Shown here: positions 1 to 12,774 of the stretch, one piece after another
Numbering within the stretch: the first letter of the stretch is position 1
How the letters are laid out: each line of letters opens with the position of its first letter
Assembly (NCBI GenBank): GCA_026770705.1
Contig: JANJGN010000049.1
Span: 4,030,001-4,094,000 of the forward strand
DNA length: 64,000 nucleotides
DNA from: Isurus oxyrinchus
Lineage: Eukaryota
Direction: 5' to 3'
The notes under the pieces: generated by a model
What the model was told of the DNA's origin: nothing
What the model saw: the letters and a program-made list of their open reading frames with translations, nothing else
Database searches by the model: none
Translations under genes and position numbers: made by a program

Positions 1-29
1 GATCTCCTACACGGACAGTAACCACTACT

Positions 30-135
30 GAACTGAAAACAGAAAGTGCTGTAAAGACACAGCAGGTCTGGCAGGGTCTGAAGAGAGAGAAACAGCGTTA
101 ACATTTTGATTCCATATGAGTTTATTCAGAGCCAC
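30..135 (-). mobile_element. Penelope-like element terminal-repeat fragment
   Basis: aaaacagaaagtgctg...cagcaggtctggcag...gagagaaacagcgttaacatttt matches the reverse complement of the PLE terminus at 51170-51270 and 20160-20280. Confidence 0.55.
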
Positions 136-1939
136 AACTGCAGGTTTGAAGCATGGTCAGTGGAGTGATCATTCAGATGTGGCGATGGTAATGTCATCTC
201 ATTCTTAGGGAATAGCAGGACCGAGGTAAATTAACTGGGCTGGTAATACAGAGAAGATCAGAAATGCTCCAGAGACATGATTTAAACGCCACGACGGCAG
301 CTGGCGTGAATTCCATTCAGTTAATTCATTTAAACCGAAACTGGAATAAAGTTACTAATTGCATTAATAATTGAACAACCTAATTGTCATGAAGTTGCAA
401 TTGGTTCACTTTCTGCTACCCCCCCCACCCCCCCACCAACCCAGCCCTTTCCCGGTAAGGCCAGCGGTGGCTGGTGAAGAAATCGCCTCCCCCGAAAGAA
501 GATCATCAGGCCCCCACGCAACTTTCCATCTTTCATTGGAGACACCCACGTGGACTTTACCCTTTTCCCTCCTGTGCCTCCCTGTCCTTCACTCCTCTCC
601 CTCCTCTCCTCTCCTGTGTAAAAGGGAGAGGTTATTTCTACCTCTCTCCCCACACCACCACCCCCCCCCCCCCCAACCTCACCCCTCCCCTCCCTAGGGA
701 GGAACCTTATATATATTTTAAAAAAATATATATATATATAAAAATATATATTAAAAACAATGTCATTCGGGGAGGAAATCTTATCCTTACCAGCCTGGCC
801 TACGTGAGGCTGCAGCCCCACAACAACTTGGTTGACTCTTAACGGCCCCTGGAATGGTCCAGAAGGCCATTTAGTTGGGCCAAAGCACTTCTTGGAAAGT
901 CAAATAAGAGGCGCACGGCACAAACTGCAGCTGTTCAAGATGTCGGCTCCCCACCACCTTCTCAAAGTACTTGTGAATGGACAGTTAAGGCTGGCCTTGT
1001 TTGCGACGTTCACCACAAAAGAACAAATAAAAACCAGGGTCAAAGCTTTGTAAACTATTACGGATGCTCTCAATCTAAGATAAGGCCAGAAAATCTGGAA
1101 ACACTCAGCATCATTCTCCGCTGACTCTATTTTACAGCGCAGGGGTATCCTAGGCCAATATTTAATGTGAAACTAACATCACTAATAAACAGGTGATCTG
1201 GGCTTTTATTACATCTCTGTTGGTGGGAGATTCCTGTGCGCAAATTGCCTCCTGTAGTTCTAACGCAACACAAGAGATTATAATTCGAAGTAAAGTACAT
1301 CAATGAGGTTAATGAGATATGTGATTGGGACCTCCTGAAATGATGAAATGTGCTGTCTAAACACAACAATTTTACTAAAATTGAACATTTCAAAACACAA
1401 GTGGTGGTGTGTTAGAAAGTCTGAGATGAATGTGATTAATTTTTCTGTTCATTATTTAAACATGTTTAAATGAAAGGGGTTAAACCTTTCACCAATCGAT
1501 ATTCAGCGGAATATCAGGCTGCTCAGTAATGCTGAATCGATTTAAGCGACAGAACTTTTAGAAACATTTCTTTTAATTTAATAGCTTCTTTTGTTTAAAA
1601 TAAATAACATGTTTACCAATTGGTTTTCTGAAAATTGTGTTCAGTTCTTATACCATCTGTGAATATTCTTAAAATAAACTTGTTTTGAGCTGAACATAAT
1701 CAATAAGTGACTGTTGAGCTGATTCTGCTGCCATGAACACCACTTTGAAACTAGTGAGGAGTTTATGTAAATAAACACAGAAATAGACGCCTCAGAATAG
1801 AATATTGAGCGACAGAAATACAATAGATGTTTCCCCACCAACAGAACATAGAAATAACAACAGAGAGAAATGCAAATCACACAAAGGATTCCAGTAATGA
1901 TTGATATTTAGAACATTTCTCTAAGTTATGGGATAGCTA

Positions 1940-2545
1940 TGTGAAGGTGATATCTGTGTTCAAAACTGGCGAAGCATCCTTTGATCCGGGGTATGGCAGC
2001 ATTGAAAATGTATTTGCAGAGTTTCTTGCATTCTATCGCGCTCTGTCTCCCTTTCTCCCCTATCCCGGGCGTCTATGGCCTCTCATTAATGTGTCAGATT
2101 CTTTAACTCATAACATGAAGTCAGTATCTGACCAAAGTTTAACCTCAGCTCTATTCATTGACTTTTAACCAAATAGATGGCTGTTCACAGATAGAACTTA
2201 ACTCCAAAATGTGTCTGGTGCACTCAACAACATGGAAGTATTTAATAGGACAGTCTAAAGGGAGCACTCCTCTGCAGATTAGCATTCCTATGACTTCCTG
2301 TTGGGACATTCTAGAGGGATTTTTTTCTGCATCTGATACTGCTGCACCATTCTTGGGAGCATTCGATCGAATCATGTAGAGGGACCTGTGTCTATCCAGC
2401 GCTATACATGTCCTGGGAGTGTTTGGTGGGATAGTTTAGAAATCTTCCTCTGTGCCTCACCCCGGAATTTACCATCGTAGAGGCAGCTTTACTCTGCATC
2501 TGAACTGTCCTGTGTTTATCCTTAGGAGTGTTTCATGGTGTTTCG
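1940..2545 (+). repeat. Degenerate ~70-bp minisatellite (ctttactctgcatctgaactg...ctgggagtgtttg...gtagaggg)
   Basis: Recurrent ctgggagtgttt / gtagaggg / ctctgcatct motifs at about 2270-2540. Confidence 0.5.
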
Positions 2546-3029
2546 GACTCACTGCATGAAATGATGTTCCAGACCGAATCCCTCATCATATATCAAAATA
2601 TATTTGGATATTTACGTGAAGTACTGTAGCCTCAAGCGCCCTGGAGCAAAAACTGGGAAGTGGGATTAGACTCGATTAGGGTCATTTCCGGCCATTAGGG
2701 GCAGGGGGTGCGGAATGGCCTATTTCTGTGCTGCACATATCTATGATTTTCAGATCCTAGGAAGTGTGTTGAGGTCTCAGAAAGTGTACAGAGGAGGGTA
2801 ACCAGTTTGTTAACAAAGATAAGGGTCTTTAGTAACAACGATACATTGGACAAATTGGGAGCATTGTGCTTGTGATAAAGAAGATTAAGCATAAACCTAA
2901 TCGCTATTTCCAAGATGATGAGAGATTTTGAGAGAATTAGCAGAGAAAACCAATTCCTTCTGTTCATTGTGTCAATATCCAGTGATCATAGCTTTATATA
3001 TATATAGGCAGATTTGTAAACAGGCAATG

Positions 3030-3560
3030 AGGAGAAATATTTCGCTAGCAACTGGTTCCCTTTATATTACACCAGATCCTGCCTCAATTATTACTCTTTG
3101 AGTTCAAGTCACAATTTCAGTTTTACTGAAACCTGTGAAATTTATGGATACATAATCTGGTATTTGTATTTTTATTGCACTAGGCTCTGACAGTTATTTC
3201 TGTGCTAATCAAGCCTCTGTTTCAGGCCGGCCCCCGAATCAGTTATTACTACATTAGAACGTTTCTCTATTTATATTATATAATGCTTTGTTTCAGTTAT
3301 TAATTAACCATACCCCGTGTCTGTTTATGTCGCGCTCGACCATGTCTCAATTATTACTATACTAGAGCATGTATGTGTTAATATTACGCTGGATCCTGTC
3401 TCTGTTGTTACTGCACTGGAACCTGTCCCTATTTATAATGTTTTACACTATTGTTTCTGTTAAAATTGCACTGGAAAATATATTACTTTATATTTTACGG
3501 TGTGCCTTTTCTCAGTTATTACTGCTATATACCATGTTTCTGTTCAGCTAACACTTTACC
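3030..3560 (-). repeat. Degenerate ~27-bp minisatellite in reverse orientation (ctcagttattactrcact)
   Basis: Repeated cagttatt/caattattact motifs, reverse complement of the aataactgagacaggg unit at 5.4, 11.8 and 38.6 kb. Confidence 0.55.
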
Positions 3561-4844
3561 TACGCCAGTAAACAATGAATTATATCATGGCAAACGTATT
3601 GGAAACTGGTGAGGAAATAATGAAGTTAACATGCAGCACAAGCAATGGAAAGAGAAACAAATTATTATTTTTTTAATTGAATTTCATTGAGAGTGGAAAG
3701 TTCTACATTCCATTCCAAGTGAGAGAATTACAGATTTATTATGCTCACGTCAGGTATAGGTACAGTTACATTTTCACCGTCTTTTGCACAGATCATCACA
3801 CACTCCAGTGAGGCACAACTGATCACTTGTCAACAAACAGAACGAATGGTGGGTAGATGTCCTTTATTCTCCATGTGATTTAATCCACTTTCGAACTGAA
3901 TTCTGAGCGCAGCTAAACTCACTTTGGAATCTCAATAGGCACTTTCCACACAAGAACTCGAAAAAGACGTCAGCATCAAGAAATGTTAACGATTATAGAT
4001 TATCTGAAATTGCTAGAAGGATGGTTCGAAATGTAGATATATAGCCCGACAGACAAACAGACAGCTACACAGTTTGATGACTAGACAGATAGAGAGACTG
4101 ATATATACAACATCTAGTGTAATATAGACAGTTTAATGCTAAATAACCTTTTCAGTGGCTCGTATGATACAAACAGGTAGACGGTCTTGTCTAATGTGAA
4201 GAGATGTATGCATCAGTGCACTTACTCCAACAGGGCGTAGTGTAAAACACAAAATGAGACTGGGCCTCTTGCACTACTATCTGAGGCAGAGTCCTGTGTA
4301 ATTTAAAGGAAGGCATGACCCAGTCATTACGTATCAACACCTTCCATGGTCTTAAATACCTCGATCAAAGCCCCTCTTAACATCCTCTATTCTAAGGAAA
4401 ACAATTCATGATCTCCAAGGTCTTGTAACATTCGGATCAATCTCCTCTTCATCCTCTCTGCGACCTCCAGGTGCTTTATAAAACATAGTTCCCGGAATAA
4501 TTATGTACAATACCCATGGAAACACAATAGGGAATACTTTAACAAATGTTGTTTTTAATCATTCACTAGGCTGAAGTATTTATTTCTCTCTATTCATCCA
4601 GGAGATGTGAGCGTCTCTGACACAGTCAGCATTTCCCCCCATGCTCCGCTGTCCTGGAACTGAATATCTGGCTAGACATTTTCAGAGTCGGAGGATAGTT
4701 AAGAGTGAACCACGTGCTGTGGGCCTGGAGTCACATTTAGGCCAGACTGGGGAAGGATGCAGATTTACTTCACCAAATGTTCATTAGTGAACCAGATGCG
4801 TTTACAGCAATGAAAATTGTAACGATCCAGTTCCCTTTCCATTT

Positions 4845-5075
4845 TTTTTTCCATTCATGGGATTTGGGCGTTTCCAGCTGAATCAACATTCAATAGCCAA
4901 ATACAATTGCCCTTGAGAAGGTGTTAGTGAGCAAACCTCTTGTACTGCTGCAGTCCACGTGCTGTAGGGACACCCACAGTGCTTCTAGGAAGGGAGTTGT
5001 ATGATATGGACACAAGGATAGTGAAGAAACAGGGACTTTCCATTGTTGTTCCTGTGCTTCTGCTGCCCTTGTTGC
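4845..5075 (-). mobile_element. 3' end of a shark non-LTR retrotransposon family
   Basis: Reverse complement of the same 3' sequence at 37500-37810 and 41300-41580. Confidence 0.6.
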
Positions 5076-5439
5076 CCGGAGAATTGGGGAATATTCCACC
5101 ACACTCCTGACATGTACCTTGTAGTTTGTGGACAGGCATTTGCAGAATTCTTAGCTTCTGAACGGCTCTTGTCTCAATCGAATTTAAATTCCGCCAGCTG
5201 CTGTGGTGGGATTTGAATCCATGTCCCCAGAAGATGGGCCTGGGCCTCTGGGTGGCTGGGCTAGTGATGTGCACTTGGCACGTCATAACATTCAAGGCTA
5301 TGGGCCAAGTGCTGGTAAATGGGATTAGGTAGGTAGGTCAAGTGTTTCTCACGTGCTGGTGCAGACTCGATGGGCCGAAGGGCCTCTTCTGCACTGTGAT
5401 TCTGTGAATCTGTGGTAGCGCCACGGCCAGGTTGCGCCT

Positions 5440-5660
5440 GAGTTAGGGTCCAGTGTAATGTAACCAGAGATAGGGCCTGGTATAATATAAATGGAAAGCT
5501 GCTCCAGTACAATAATAACTGAAACAGGGCTTGGTTTAAAATAATCTTAAACATGGGCCAGTACATTAAAAACTGAGACAAGTCCTATGAAATATAAACA
5601 TAAACAGCTTAGTGCAGCAATAATTCCAAAAGGGCCTTATGTAACACAAACAGATATTAC
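5440..5660 (+). repeat. Degenerate ~27-bp minisatellite (cagtgtaataataactgagacagggcc)
   Basis: Tandem units visible at 5451-5590. Confidence 0.55.
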
Positions 5661-6094
5661 GTGAGGTCAAATTTCAACAAAGCTTTTTAGAATTTAAACT
5701 TAGTTAATTTTATACATCTGAACTATTAAAAATGTCCTCATTATCAGTAATGGGAAACGTGCACCTCCCAGACTCATCAAAACACACCTGCCACACAAAG
5801 GTACATTTCAGATATACATTTCCCTCCCTTACCTGTTTTTTTTTCCCAAAGGGATTCCAGATGAAGAGCAAGGTGGTTAACTTTTAATCTCCCTCTAAAC
5901 ATTCTCAGTGTGCAGTCATTTTAATTAAATGGCTACGAGTAGCAGCAACCTGAGCACAGTCAGTAAAGCCAGATGGCATCAACCGTGGTACAGGCAAAGA
6001 CACAGGCAGTCCAATTAACTGTATAAAATTCTCCACATGATCTTCTGTGGACATCTACCACACTGAGAAACACGGAACGCAGGCTAGCGGAAAC

Positions 6095-6890
6095 ACAAGA
6101 AGAAGAACAAAAAAGAAGAACAAAGAAAGGTACAGCACAGGAACAGGCCCTTCGGCCCACCAAGCCTGCGCCAATCATATTGCCCGTCAACTAAAACATT
6201 TTGCACTTCCGGGGTCTGTATCCCTCTCTTCCCATCCTATTCATGTATTTGTCAAGCTGCCTCTTAAACACCACTATCGTACCTGCTTCCACCACCTATG
6301 CTGACAGCAAATTCCAGACACTCACTACTCTCTGTGTTAAAAACTTGCCCCCTTCCTTCTCCTCTATAGTTTTCTCCTCTCACCTAAAATCTATGTCCCC
6401 TAGTATTTGACCCTCCCACCCTGGGAAAAAGCTTCTGACTATCTACTCTGCCCATGCCACTCATAATTTTATAAACTTCTATCAAGTCGCCCCTCAATCT
6501 CCGTCGCTTTAGTGAGAACAATCCAAGTTTCTCCAACCTCTCCTCATAGCTAATAACCTCCAGACCAGGCAGCATCCTGCTAAACCTCCTCTGCACCCTC
6601 TCCAATGCCTCCACATCCTTCTGGTAATGTGGCGACCAGAATTGCATGCAATATTCCAAGTGTAGTCTAACCAAGGTTCTATACAGCTGCAGCATGACTT
6701 CCCAGCGTTTATACTCAATAACCCTGCCAATGAAGGCAAGCATGCCATATGCCTTCCTGACTACCTTATCCATCTGTGTTGCCACTTTCAGTGACCTGTG
6801 GACCTGTACACCCAGATCCCTCTGCCTGTCGATGAACTTAAGAGTTCTGCCATTTACTGTATAATTCCTGTCTGCATTGGACCTACCAAA
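6095..6890 (-). mobile_element. CR1-clade LINE, 5'-truncated (ORF2 C-terminus, 3'UTR, tandem tail)
   Basis: ORF 6384-6902 has RDLGVQVH...LYRTLVRLHLEYCMQFWSPH...LERVQRRF...RRLRGDLIEVYKI...TRGH; aagaac-type tail repeats at about 6097-6128. Confidence 0.92.
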
Positions 6891-8990
6891 ATAAACACCC
6901 ACCTGACATAGTCATGCTCAATGTTAATACTTTTCAATCAATATCCCCATGTCTGACTGACCCACAAGTGATGGCGGGACATCAGTCGGGAAGGAGTGCC
7001 CCTGGGGGTCCTCAAGATTGACTCCAGGAGTTATGAATACTCCTGGCAGCAGAGCAGGCGACAGTGGAAAATCTTCTTTCTAATTCGAGTTATTTTCCTA
7101 TCTCAACTAATGAATCAGCGCATCTCCATTTTGAACACAATTCTGGTGAAACACTGACAGCAGGAAAGGGAATGGAACTTCAATGCCCATCAGCAAGAAT
7201 GGCTCGATACCAATACTGACTGAGCTGGCCGAGTCACGAAGGACATATCTACCAGACCATGCCCCCGGAAGGTGTTGAGAGATCACAAAGGGAAACATAC
7301 TTGAGACGGCGCTCATTTTTCAACCTGGCACAGATAGATCTCTCCACGTCAGTATTGATGGGAGTGTCCACCACACTTTCCTTTTGGATACAAAGACCCA
7401 TCTTCAGACTTAGAGCATCACCCATCACATTGTGTGGCATAATCTTCGTGCTAAATGCGATAAATTTGGAGAATATTTGGCAGATAAAAACTGTGCTTGA
7501 GCAACATTCTTACCCCCCTCCCCTCCCCCACAATATGCACCTCATGGGATGTATAACCTTCACTCTACCATTAGGATGAAGCGAGGGGATCAACGATTGT
7601 TCAATGATGAATTCAGAGGAGTAGGCCAGATGCAGCCACAAGAGCATCTAAAAATGGGGCATCAGCCTTATCAAGCTGTAACATGGTGAAAAATTGCTGA
7701 ACAAATCCAATGCCGCCCATTGACTCTCAATCATTCTACTCTCAGCCATCAGCAACCTGATGGAAGGTGTCATTGACGGAGCAATCAAACAGCAACTCAT
7801 CACCAACAAGCTGCTCAACAATGCCCAGTTTAGGTTTCACAAGGGCCTTTCAGTTCCCGACTATATCACGTTGTTGATTTGAACAAAGACAAACAGCTGA
7901 ACTCCTAATATGAGAGTGAATGCCCTTGACATCAAGGCAGCAGTTGACAGATTGTGGCACCAAGGATCATTAGCAACATTCAAGTCAATGGGAATCAGGG
8001 GGAAACTCATTGGAATCTTACCTCGCACAAAGGAAAATGGTTGTGGTTGCTGGAGGCCAAAAAGCCCCACACCAGAGCATCGCTCTCGGAGTTGCTCAGG
8101 AAAGTGTCCTAGGCCCAGCCATCCTCAGTTGCTTCATCAATGACTTTATTTTCATAATCATGTCAGAAGTAGCGACGTTCACGAATGTTGGCACAATTTT
8201 TAGCACCATTCACGATTCCTCAGATACTGAAGCCATTCATGCCTCCATGCAGAGGAAAAACATTTGGACAATATTAAACCTTTGGCTGATGAGTGGAAAG
8301 TGAAATAACGTGTTAGAAGTGCCAGGCAGTGACGATCTCCATCAAGAGAGAATCTAACCATCTCCCATTGTCATTCATTGACATTACCATCGCAGAATCC
8401 AACACCAGCAACAATGTGGGGTCACAGCAGTAAATTACATTAACTGAACCAGCAACATATATGAAGCATCTAGAAAAGGTCAGAGGCAGCAGGTTGTATG
8501 GCGAGTGACGCACCTCATGATTCCCCAGAATCTGTTCACAATGTCCATGCAAACTTTAGGAATGTGATTGAATATCTCAGCTTGCCTGAATCAGGGCAGT
8601 TCCAACAACACACTTCCAGAGCAGGCCCGACGAACCACATGGTCTTCTCCTAATACTATTCGGAAGAAGGAAGACACCATCTAGGAAAAATCATCGTGCC
8701 TGATTGGCAATCCAATCCGCCGTTTATAAATCCATTCCCTCCAGCACCACTGCACAAATACAGTAGTGTGCACCATCTATGACATGCACTGTGGCAACTC
8801 GCCAACTGCCCTATGAAAGCGCCGTGCAAGCCCCTGACTGTTAGCACCTAGAGGAAGAAGTGTAACAGACCCATAGAAAGACCTATACGTTCCTCTCAAG
8901 GCCAAATACCACATTGGCTTGGAAATATATCGTTATTTCTTCACTGTCGCCGGGTCAAAACCCTGAAACCTCCTATCTAACAGCAATGAA
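6890..8990 (+). mobile_element. Decayed non-LTR retrotransposon (RT region and 3' end)
   Basis: Broken frames read ALDIKAAVDRLWHQG and GVAQESVLGPAILSCFIND; paralogous to 60580-61530. Confidence 0.8.
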
Positions 8991-9179
8991 TCATAGGGTC
9001 ATAGAAATCTACAATACGGAAGAGGGACATTCATCCCTGTGAACAAGCAGTAAACAGCCTTGTCCAACTTTCCAGCTCTTGGTCTGTAAACTTTTAGGTT
9101 GTTTCACTTCAAGTTTTTACAACTCTTTCACATCATGGGTTTTAGATTCCCTCCATCCTTTGGGTTAAAACATTTGCCA

Positions 9180-10800
9180 TGACCTATTTACTCTTGGATG
9201 AAAGGGTCGACAGTACTTTAGCCAGATTTGCTGATGATACCAAGCTGGAAAGGGAAACAGGTTCGGAGGATGATACAAAAAGGCCACAATGATATTTAGG
9301 TAAGCTAATTGATTGTGCTGAAATTTGGCACATGGAATATAAGGTTGGAAAAATATGAGTTTGCCGAATTTTGCCGGATAACTCGAAAGGCAACATGTCA
9401 TTTAAATTGAGAGGCTGCAGAATTCTTCAGTGCAGAGAGATCTGCGTGTGTTTGTACATGGATCACAGAAAGCTTACGGGCACAGCAATGAGTTAGGGAG
9501 GCCAAGAGCATAATCCTTTTTATGCAGCATTGTGTTACCTCAGCTTCATTTGTTCAACAGTAAACAAACCTAACGTACCCTCCCAAATAGCAATCCTCCT
9601 GCAGTCGAGGCAATGTCGTCGTAAATCTCCGCTGTAACGTTTCTAGTCCAATCAAATCTTTCATATAGTTCCTGGCCCAGGGCTGCTCCGAACACTCTAA
9701 CTCGGGCCTAACTACTGTTTTACACAGTTCCAGCAGGACGACTCAACTCGTATATTCTAAGCCTCGGAGAATAAAGGCAAGAATCCCATCTGTTTCTTGA
9801 TCAATGTATCTACCTGTCCAGGCACCTTTACGAATATCTGCATTCTATAGTCCCACTTTAATTCTCAGTGTCGTATCATTCGTGAATCAGTGGTAATCAC
9901 TATCTCAGAATGCACTGGATGCCGGGATGCTGAATAAATTTAATGAGGACATAGATTTTTAATTAGTAATGGGTTTAAAGGTTATGGGGAGAGGGTGGGA
10001 AATTGGAGTTGAAGCCGAAATGAGATCAGCCATGATCGTAATGAATAACGGGGCAGGCTCGAGGGGCTGAATTTCCCACTCTTGCTCCTGGTTCTTATGT
10101 CTTATTTACTGTTTATTACTTTATCTTGTTAGCTTTCCTTAAATGCACTACCTCGCGAACATCTCTAAGCCATTCTTATGTCTACCTGACTGGTCGATTT
10201 CCTGCAGTATACAGCTTTCTGCTCAATTTTTAATCACACACCCAATTTGTGTATTATCTAAAGCCTTCTTAGTCATGATCTTTTCAGTCATGTGCAAGTA
10301 ATTGATATATGCAAGAAAAGGCAAGTGTCCTATTACTAAGGCCTGGGGGATACCACTCCCATTTACAAGAAACACCCTTTGTCATTTACCGTTTGCTTCC
10401 TGGCATTGAACCAATTTTGGATTTACCTCGCCGCTTTGCCTTGGATCACATTGGCTTTTAATTTCGGAACCGTTCTGCCATGTAGAAACTGGTCATTTTA
10501 AAATCCACATAGACTACATCGAATGCACTGTATCCATCGGCACTCCTTATTATCCCTTCAAAACATTTATGCATAATAGTCAGACTCGCCCTTCCTTTCA
10601 CAAATTCTTGCTGTCCAGCTTTGCTTAGTCAGTGTCATTCTAAATGTAGAAGCACCGTGTCTCTTAGAATGTTCTCTTTCCAATACTATTCCCTGCTCCA
10701 AGATTATATTCACTGTCCTGTAATTACTCAGTCTATACCTTTGTGCGTTTTGAACAAGGGCACAACGTTAGTTGCCTTCTCGCCCTGTCTCAGTGCCTGA
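9180..10800. mobile_element. Nested CR1-type LINE remnants in both orientations
   Basis: tttgctgatgatacc (FADDT-like) at about 9227; CR1 3' tail gatcagccatgatc...gttcttatg at about 10024-10100; reverse-strand RT remnants to about 10800. Confidence 0.6.
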
Positions 10801-11799
10801 AGTTTCAAACGATTATAAAGTGATTGTGATTCCTATGCCGAGGATATAATTCGGGCGAGCCTTGGCATTTATGCATTTTAAAAGGTATTAAACCGCTTGA
10901 TACTTTCAAGATGGTGGCAATTCGCCATTTGTCGAGGAGAATTGGGAATGGGTAGAGATGTTTGACTTAACAACTACTCCAAATCAGTCGATAATTAATA
11001 AGTAAAACATTAGAGACTGTCTAATGTAACATAAACCATCTATGTCCATCCCTACATTACACTAGGCCCTTTTTCAGTTATTGCCGCCTGAGGCAGTACT
11101 GGTTTGGTATAATTTAGGCAAACCAACTTGCATTGTCACCTGGTGGCCAATCATTGCCGTTACTGCTATCGTGAAAATGTCAACGTTCGTACTGTTGTTG
11201 ATAGAAACGTATCAACAAACAAATTTGCACTTATATTCCACTCAACGCATTTTAAATGAAAGAGAATTCAACACTGTGAAAATAACTGGTGAAGCAAATC
11301 CACCTTTGTGGATGTAACTTGCAAACATTAGGAATGATGTGTTTTGTATGATCACACTCAGACACAAATAGACGCAAATACAGATGTTCAGGCTTGGTCA
11401 CACAACCAGTAGCCACGGAAAACTTGAATGTAAAGGCCCTCAGGAGAAACATTCCTTAACATTAAAACACGGTGTACAATAGCAATAACAGAGATTTCCA
11501 CTAAACAGTATAAACTGCAGTGCACTCTGGCTACACCTTGACTTCAGTTCCTCAATCCAGTTCAAATTTCCGAGATTGTCATAAGATTCGACCAGTACTT
11601 TCAAAATAACTGATAGATAACACCAGAGCAATGGGAAATTGTACACAGCTCCTGATGGCTGTGACCAAGACTAAACGCATTTTTTGAACAAACAAAAAAA
11701 CATCCTCCCACCCAGTCAAATATGTTCTTTAATTATTATGAGACATACCTCTCTCTTCATCCATTTGTCTATTTACCTAACACAGAAAAAAAATTGCTG

Positions 11800-12200
11800 T
11801 ACCACAATAACTGACATTGGCAATAGATTAATATAAACAGAGTGTCCAGTGCTGTCATTACAGAAAAGGGGCCTTATTTAACATAAACAGCGATAAGGAC
11901 TCCTGCACTCTGAACAGTTTAGTCCATGAATAACTATGGCAGACCCCGTCGAATATAAACAGGGAGATGGCCTCATGCAATTTAAAGGGGGGCGGGGGGA
12001 TAACATAATGCAGAAATGAAGGAGAAAGGGTCTAGTGTAATATAACTAAGGACATGGATGATTGCAATATAACCAGACACATGCTTCAGTGCAGTAATAA
12101 CTGAAAAAAGGGCCTAGCGTAAAGTTTGGATGGGCACAGAGTTTATTGCACTTATATCTGTGACTCGACCCAGTATAATATGGGCTGAGACATGGTCAGT
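11800..12200 (+). repeat. Degenerate ~27-bp minisatellite
   Basis: aataactga, cagtgtaatataac and agggcctag units. Confidence 0.55.
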
Positions 12201-12774
12201 TATTACTGCTCCATAGCATGTCTATGTTTATATCACAGCAGACCTTCACTCAGTTATTGCTAGTTCTACTTCAATAGAACTATTCAGAAACTCTTCAGAA
12301 ACTTGAACACTTCTTTCAAAATATCTCTTAACTCTCTCTGCTCTAGGATGATATTTCTATCGTTTTTCCACATAACGGAAGTCTCTCACCCCGTTCTGGT
12401 AATACCTTCGACAGCATCTTCAGAACCCGAGAGCTCTGCAACATAGAAGGACAAGGACAGCAGGTGAATGGGAGCACCAACACCTGCTAGTGCCTCTCCA
12501 AGTCACACACAGTATCCTGATCTGGAAATCTAGATTTTTGCTTCGTTGTTATTGAGTCAAAACCCCAGAGCTCCCTTCCCACCTGCACTGTTTTTGGATT
12601 TGTTCCACACACAAGGCGGCTCACCAACACATTCTCCAGGGCAATTAGGTATGGCTGGTAAATGTCGGCCTTGACAGAAATGTCAACACCTGTGAATGAA
12701 GTAGAACTAGCAATAACTGAGTGAAGGTCTGCTGTGATATAAACATAGACATGCTATGGAGCAGTAATAACTGA
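12196..12774. repeat. Perfect 78-bp inverted repeat (12196-12273 / 12697-12774), 423-bp spacer
   Basis: Arms are exact reverse complements by manual comparison. Confidence 0.93.

Noticed and set aside
371-842. Pro/Gly-rich ORFs and C-run (G4-prone) tract
   Set aside because: Low-complexity polypyrimidine and (AT)n sequence with no gene context
3792-3852. Possible small exon after a pyrimidine-rich acceptor
   Set aside because: No recognisable protein similarity or partner exons
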